A DNA stretch of 64,000 nt from an uncultured bacterium (GTDB taxonomy: Bacteria; Abyssobacteria; SURF-5). The notes beneath the pieces were generated by a model. The model saw only the letters and a list, made by a program, of their open reading frames with translations, searched no databases and was not told where the DNA came from. The translations under genes were made by a program, and so were the position numbers. Every line of letters begins with the position of its first letter. Position 1 is the first letter of the stretch. This document shows positions 58,492 through 64,000 of the stretch, piece after piece. The stretch lies in the NCBI GenBank assembly GCA_964607485.1, contig CAZSKP010000026.1, forward strand, positions 1 through 64,000, written 5' to 3'.

Positions 58492-58581
58492 TCATAGAGA
58501 GGCGGACCGACCTTTTGAATGCCCCGCATTCATTCGGAAGCGAACCCCATAATTCGCATCATCAGGTCCGCCTCTCTATGA
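58492..58581 (-). ncRNA. Candidate structured leader (attenuator) of amtB
   Basis: Perfect 17-bp closing stem enclosing two hairpins, followed by UCCUUUUU. Confidence 0.55.
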
Positions 58582-58613
58582 ACTGTTTGCTTGTCTTCAG
58601 ATTCTCTGTAAGG

Positions 58614-58628
58614 GCAAGTCTGATGCCA
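58614..58628 (-). promoter_or_regulatory. sigma54 promoter for amtB
   Basis: Minus strand TGGCATCAGACTTGC. Confidence 0.75.
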
Positions 58629-58898
58629 TAGCATGTGAACGGAACGCCGGCATAACCTCAATGCTCTCTCAGAGAACGTCTTAGGAAGACTGGCGTGTCT
58701 GGATGCGCCTGCCTCTTGGAGTTCATTCAGGCCGGCATGGTGCCTGTTTCATAGGCAGTCGCCTAAGAAATGAGCAGCGCCGAAGCGATTCGACCGGCGG
58801 ACTGTGGTCCGCACAATCGAATAGGCTGGGCTCAGAATGCTTGTAAGTAAAGGGAGAAATGAATGTCGCGCCGTTCCCGCGGGCCATGACTTCGGAAA

Positions 58899-58914
58899 TG
58901 GTATCCTTTTTGCT
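58899..58914 (+). promoter_or_regulatory. sigma54 promoter for the PII-glnA operon
   Basis: TGGTATCCTTTTTGCT (GG-N10-GC). Confidence 0.65.
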
Positions 58915-59057
58915 TGCTATCCTTCTCGATTGCTTATGATATATAATATGACCTCGAGAGATTCTCGACCTTTCGATTGCCAATACGTGCACGCAGTCGG
59001 ACGACGGCGAAATCATCTCCCCAATGTGTCCGGATCGAGATGGGATTCCACACATGA

Positions 59058-59405
<348 letters not shown>

Positions 59406-59525
59406 TCAGTCGGCATCCCCCGGTCTCCGGGGTACCTTGAAAAGCGCGCAAAGGGGACGGGGACAGTACATCAGGGCGTTTCGTCAGAAAAATACTTTTC
59501 CATAACGGAAGGGAGCAAAAGAAAA

Positions 59526-60938
59526 ATGACCCCGCATGACGTGTTGAAAATGGTGAAGGAAAACAAAGTCGAGATGGTGGACCTTCGCTTCATGGATTTT
59601 CCGGGATTGATGCAGCATTTCGCTATCCCGGCGGCGAAGCTGGCCGAGGAAGTATTTGAAGAAGGCGTCGGCTTCGACGGTTCAAGCATTCGCGGCTGGC
59701 AGGCGATTCACGAGAGCGATATGCTGGTCATCCCCGACCCAGTCACAGCCTACATCGACCCGTTCTACAAGGCGACGACGTTAGTGCTTCAGTGCGATAT
59801 CGCGGACCCCATCACACGGGAGCGCTACAGCCGCTGCCCCCGGTACATCACGCAGAAGGCGGAGAATTATCTGAAGTCCACCGGCATCGCGGATACGGCC
59901 TATTTCGGACCCGAAGCCGAATTCTTCATCTTCGATGACATCCGGTACGACCAGAACCAGCACTGTGGATATTACTACCTCGATTCGGTCGAAGGCTCCT
60001 GGAACACGGGCCGCGAAGAGAATCCGAACCTCGGCTACAAGCCCAGATACAAGGAAGGATATTTTCCCGTGTCACCGACGGATTCGCTCGAGGACATGCG
60101 AGCCGAGATGGCGCTGACGATGATGCGCTGCGGAATGGACATCGAGGCCGAGCACCACGAGGTTGCCACAGCCGGCCAGGCGGAGATCGACATCAGGTTC
60201 GACTCGCTTCTCAAAATGGCCGACAAGCTGATGAGGTTCAAGTACATCGTGAAGAACGTAGCAAAGAAATACAATAAGACCGTCACGTTCATGCCGAAGC
60301 CCGTCTTTGCCGACAATGGCAGCGGCATGCACACGCACCAAAGCTTGTGGAAAGACGGCAAGCCGCTGTTTGCGGGCGATAAATACGCAGGCCTGACCGA
60401 CCTTGCGCTTTACTACATCGGCGGACTGCTCAAGCACGCTCCCGCGCTGACCGCTCTGACCAATCCCACGACGAACTCCTTCAAGCGGCTCGTCCCCGGC
60501 TTCGAGGCGCCTGTGAACCTGGCCTACTCGAGCAGAAACAGGAGCGCCGCCGTACGGATACCCATGTACTCGCCCAGCCCGAAAACGAAACGGGTCGAGT
60601 ATCGTCCACCCGACCCCTCGTGCAATCCGTACCTCGCCTTCTCCGCGATGCTGATGGCCGGCCTGGACGGCGTACAGAACAAGATAGACCCCGGCTCACC
60701 GCTTGACAAGAACATATACGACCTTCCGCCCGAGGAAATGGCGCAAGTGCCGTCGGTGCCCGGCTCGCTCGAGGGTGCCATCGACGCGCTCGAGGCCGAC
60801 TGCGACTTTCTCCTTAAGGGAGATGTCTTCACCGATGATGTCATAAAGACGTGGATAGAATACAAGCGCACCAACGAGGTGGACGCGCTCAGGCTTCGGC
60901 CGCACCCATACGAGTTCTACCTGTACTACGACGTGTGA
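59526..60938 (+). CDS. glnA: Type I glutamine synthetase
   Basis: FDGSSI, HHEVA, NGSGMH and NRSAAVRIP motifs; adenylylation site NIYDLP. Confidence 0.97.
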   Translation: MTPHDVLKMVKENKVEMVDLRFMDFPGLMQHFAIPAAKLAEEVFEEGVGFDGSSIRGWQAIHESDMLVIPDPVTAYIDPFYKATTLVLQCDIADPITRERYSRCPRYITQKAENYLKSTGIADTAYFGPEAEFFIFDDIRYDQNQHCGYYYLDSVEGSWNTGREENPNLGYKPRYKEGYFPVSPTDSLEDMRAEMALTMMRCGMDIEAEHHEVATAGQAEIDIRFDSLLKMADKLMRFKYIVKNVAKKYNKTVTFMPKPVFADNGSGMHTHQSLWKDGKPLFAGDKYAGLTDLALYYIGGLLKHAPALTALTNPTTNSFKRLVPGFEAPVNLAYSSRNRSAAVRIPMYSPSPKTKRVEYRPPDPSCNPYLAFSAMLMAGLDGVQNKIDPGSPLDKNIYDLPPEEMAQVPSVPGSLEGAIDALEADCDFLLKGDVFTDDVIKTWIEYKRTNEVDALRLRPHPYEFYLYYDV

Positions 60939-60956
60939 TCGACTGCCCGAAAGAAA

Positions 60957-60994
60957 GAAAAGGCCGCTCGGAGACCTCACCGGGCGGCCTTTTC
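60957..60994 (+). terminator. Intrinsic (bidirectional-looking) terminator after glnA
   Basis: GAAAAGGCCGC...GCGGCCTTTTC. Confidence 0.8.
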
Positions 60995-61059
60995 ACTGTC
61001 TGTCATTGCGTTTCATGAGTGATGTATCACAAACATGACGCTGAGACTGTGATAATGGC

Positions 61060-61173
61060 TGTCATTCTGAGCGAAGCGAAGAATCTCTTGTTGCGTGATG
61101 ACTTGCATCAAAACTCAGATCCTTCACTCGGGCCTGCGGCCCACGGGTCCGAGACCCTTCGTTCAGGATGACA
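61060..61173. repeat. GTCATTCTGAGC...CAGGATGAC repeat copy
   Basis: Homologous to 3070-3190. Confidence 0.8.
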
Positions 61174-61232
61174 TCGAAAAGCATGCTTCGACTTCCTGGG
61201 AGTATCTTACACGGGACTTGTGAAACGCAACA

Positions 61233-63728
61233 CTACTCGGAAGGAACATCGGTGGGGGCGGCATGGTCGTCGGCGAATTTCTCCAGATTCTTGCGAGCGC
61301 TTTCCAGCGTCGGGTCCACCTCGAGGGCGCGCTTCCATGCGGCGCGGGCCTCGTGCTTGCGTCCCAGCCGGTAATAGGCCGAGCCGATATTATTGTGGGC
61401 CGTGGCAAGCTGCGGGTCGATCTTAAGCGCGGCTTTGTAGCATTCGATGGCCGACTCGAATGCTCCGAGACGAAAATAAATGTTGCCGAGGTAATGCTGC
61501 GCGTTGGGATTGTCGGGTTCCAGACGAACGGCCTCGCGATAGTGCTCCAGAGCTCCCTCGAAATCTCCCCTTACCTCTTTTGACGCCCCGAGGCTTAACT
61601 GGCGCAAGGCTGATTCCGAAGGCGTTTCAGGAACGTCTTCGGAGGTCTGCGCGGATTCTTCCTGAGCGGCTGACGCCGACGGAGGTTCTTTCGGGGCTGC
61701 CGTGTCGGTCGATGATTCCGCTTTCACACTTGCGTCTGACGACGGGGGCGGCTTGGGAGTGGCCTCTTTCGTGACCTCGGCGGTGGGACTTTCCGGAGGG
61801 GCTTCCAGCCTTTTCATCTCCGTCGGCTTCTCGGCCCGGTCCACGCTCGCGAGCACATCGAGGTTCTGTTGTATGAGTTCATTATCGGGGTCGAGCCGGC
61901 TGGCCTTCTCCAATACGGCCTTGGCCTCCTTGTAGCGTTGCAGGGCAAAATATGCGCTGCCGAGATTGTTCAGGGTTTCGACCGACGTAGGCGCAAGGTC
62001 GAGCGCGCGGAGGTATTCTCCGACGGCTTCCTCGTAATTGCCCGCCTCACAAAGCTCGTTCGCCTGGATGAGTCGGACACGCGCCTCAATCTGCGGCGGC
62101 GTGGACAGGCGGAACGGTTCTTCTCCATCGGGCTCTTTTTCAAGCACAGCCAGGACGGACTCCACGTCCTTCAGTTTCTTTTTGGCGGTCTCGTTCTCCG
62201 GTTCCAGCGAAAGCGCTTTTTGAAACTGTTCCCGCGCTTTCTCAAATTTCTCCAACGCGAAATAGGCCGTGCCAAGCCCGTTCAGCGCTTCGACGTCGTC
62301 GGGAAACGAGGCGAGCGCCCGGGAGAATGCATTGGCCGCCTGCTCGTATGACCGCCTGGACAGATACACTTTGCCCGCCGCACTGAGGGCATGCGATTCG
62401 TCGAGCGTTTCGGAAGAGGCGTCTGCCTGGCAGGCGGCCTCTGAGGGTTCAGGGGCGCTCTCCAACCTTGCAAGGTTTTCGCTGACATCCAGTGCGGTGG
62501 GGTCGGCCTTCAAAGCTCGGTCGAAATGTTCTTTCGCCTTCTCCAGTTCTCCGATCTTCAGATACGCAAGCGCTATATTGTTATTCGCCTTGAAGTTGTC
62601 CGGTTGGATGTCAAGGGCTTTGTCGAATTCCTTGATCGCGCGCCAGTAGTCACCCGTCGCATACAGGGCCGCTCCGGATTCGATGTGCTCCTTCAGCTTG
62701 TTCACCGCAGCTGCTGTGCGCGCCCCTGCGGGGCGCTCCGTCCCCATGGCTTCCAGCGCGCTGAGATTGTTTCGCGCAGTTGCATCATCGGGATTCAACT
62801 CGATCGCGCGCCTAAATGCGTCCATGCCATCCTCGCGCATGTCCATCAGGCAATAGGTGACCCCTAGATTGTTCCAGATATCCGAGTCTTCCGGCTCTGT
62901 TCTTAGCGCGTTGCGGTACGCCTCGACGGCCCTGGAGTAGTATTTCCTCGACCGGTAAACCAGACCGAGGTTGTAATAGGCGTACGAATAATCCGCTTGT
63001 CTCTTGAGCAGCGTCTCAAACGCCTCCTGCGCCTTGGCGAGCCGACCGGTCTCATAATAGTAAAGCCCCAGCTTCGAAAGCGCGTCGGTGTAGGTGGGGT
63101 CTTCGTAGGTGGCTCTGAGGAGAAGGTCGGCGTGCTCCTTCGAGGTCGGTGTCGTCATGAGCGCCCTTCCATAGAAGGACATGGCCTCAATCGAGGTGGT
63201 CGGAATCACGCGCATTCGAGCAAACTGATCATCTGAGTACTCCAGGCCCATCGCTCTCGCGAGCGACACGGAGAGGTCATCGAGGCGTGAATACAGATCT
63301 TGCTCGGAAGTAATGAACGACGCTCCTCCAACCTGTTTAACTCCCTCGGCCTGCAAGAGATAGACTTCGACGGAAAGTTTCTCGCCATCGCTCCGGAAAT
63401 CGCCCCCCACGACGAACCGGGCTCCTTCCGCCCCGGCCATCGCACAAAGCCTCGAACGCAGTGCGTCGGGGCCGGAGAGGTCGCTCCCGCCAGCCGCATT
63501 CCCCGGCCGTTTCCCATGAACCAGCTTCACCTCGGGGAGGCATTTCAAGTTGTTCTCGATGGAATCGGCAATAAAGGGGCCGAGCCACTCCTCTCCTCTC
63601 GCGCCGCCGGGGTTCGCGAACTCCACCACGTACACACTGAAGGGCTGTGCTTCGCAAAGGCCTGGCGCCAAGAGCATAACGAGAAGCAACAACAAGCCTA
63701 AGGGGGCCAGAAGACGAAATCTCATCAT
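61233..63728 (-). CDS. Exported TPR-repeat protein with N-terminal TolB_N/FlgO-like alpha/beta domain
   Basis: Signal peptide; VVEFAN..WLGPFIADSI; many NNLG/ALELxP TPR units; Pro/Ser/Glu linker. Confidence 0.8.
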   Translation of the reverse strand: MMRFRLLAPLGLLLLLVMLLAPGLCEAQPFSVYVVEFANPGGARGEEWLGPFIADSIENNLKCLPEVKLVHGKRPGNAAGGSDLSGPDALRSRLCAMAGAEGARFVVGGDFRSDGEKLSVEVYLLQAEGVKQVGGASFITSEQDLYSRLDDLSVSLARAMGLEYSDDQFARMRVIPTTSIEAMSFYGRALMTTPTSKEHADLLLRATYEDPTYTDALSKLGLYYYETGRLAKAQEAFETLLKRQADYSYAYYNLGLVYRSRKYYSRAVEAYRNALRTEPEDSDIWNNLGVTYCLMDMREDGMDAFRRAIELNPDDATARNNLSALEAMGTERPAGARTAAAVNKLKEHIESGAALYATGDYWRAIKEFDKALDIQPDNFKANNNIALAYLKIGELEKAKEHFDRALKADPTALDVSENLARLESAPEPSEAACQADASSETLDESHALSAAGKVYLSRRSYEQAANAFSRALASFPDDVEALNGLGTAYFALEKFEKAREQFQKALSLEPENETAKKKLKDVESVLAVLEKEPDGEEPFRLSTPPQIEARVRLIQANELCEAGNYEEAVGEYLRALDLAPTSVETLNNLGSAYFALQRYKEAKAVLEKASRLDPDNELIQQNLDVLASVDRAEKPTEMKRLEAPPESPTAEVTKEATPKPPPSSDASVKAESSTDTAAPKEPPSASAAQEESAQTSEDVPETPSESALRQLSLGASKEVRGDFEGALEHYREAVRLEPDNPNAQHYLGNIYFRLGAFESAIECYKAALKIDPQLATAHNNIGSAYYRLGRKHEARAAWKRALEVDPTLESARKNLEKFADDHAAPTDVPSE

Positions 63729-63857
63729 AGGTCTTCCCTGTAGAATACCCGAAAATCCCTGCGTTCCATGGGGTCAAATTCTATCACACGCCGCCATCCT
63801 TTTTCAAAGATTCGGGCAAAGTCCTCCACTACCATATCGGCCAAGCGGCATTTCCCC

Positions 63858-63892
63858 TTGACTTTTTCGCATTCTTAATATACAATGTATAT
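63858..63892 (+). promoter_or_regulatory. sigma70 promoter with an overlapping palindromic operator
   Basis: TTGACT-N17-TACAAT; ATATACA-A-TGTATAT at 63878-63892. Confidence 0.7.
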
Positions 63893-64000
63893 GTGAAACG
63901 TAAGCCGAAGAAGACCGACACGAAGCAGCGTATACTGCGGGCCGCCTGCGAGTTGCTCGAGCGCGAAGGCGTGGCCGGGGTTTCCATCCGAAAGGTCGCG
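63893..64000 (+). CDS. 3'-truncated TetR-family regulator (not in the ORF track)
   Basis: GTG-KRKPKKTDTKQRILRAACELLEREGVAGVSIRKVA. Confidence 0.8.
   Translation, partial: MKRKPKKTDTKQRILRAACELLEREGVAGVSIRKVA

Noticed and set aside
58492-58581. Hammerhead ribozyme (CUGAUGA directly after the stem)
   Set aside because: GAAA is GAAU and no stem III-UH geometry fits; kept only as a generic leader structure

Overview
GC-rich chromosomal window from an anaerobic diderm bacterium with sulfate-reducer/syntroph-type redox genes; the taxon cannot be fixed from the sequence alone. In order, it holds: the tail of a porin plus ZnuA/ZnuB metal uptake genes; a Cys-rich small protein and an iron-sulfur flavoprotein; an AT-rich solo HEPN (ApeA-like) gene; a sigma54 regulon (CGGC protein, OrpR-like PAS-bEBP, USP, NifX-DUF1847 fusion) next to one long qrcABCD-tmcDCB-15-heme cytochrome-histidine kinase cluster; a MacAB-TolC-type exporter; a full pho/pst locus; udg, hsp20, smc, ftsY, an MBL hydrolase, glutaredoxin, a diguanylate cyclase, flavodoxin, a DHH phosphoesterase, TetR, tRNA-Leu(GAG), argS, lnt and a SPOR protein; a repeat mosaic followed by an AT-rich island (one frameshifted gene plus a 4TM + TM-coiled-coil-NDT/TIR-like pair); amtB divergent from glnB/K-glnA; a TPR protein; and a partial leaderless TetR gene. 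The best candidates for novelty are the Fe-S-sensing sigma54 regulon over the fused Qrc-Tmc-Hmc cluster, the candidate two-gene defence system, a structured amtB leader RNA, and a repeat-linked portable promoter module that precedes accessory genes. All calls come from motif reading by eye; no searches were run.
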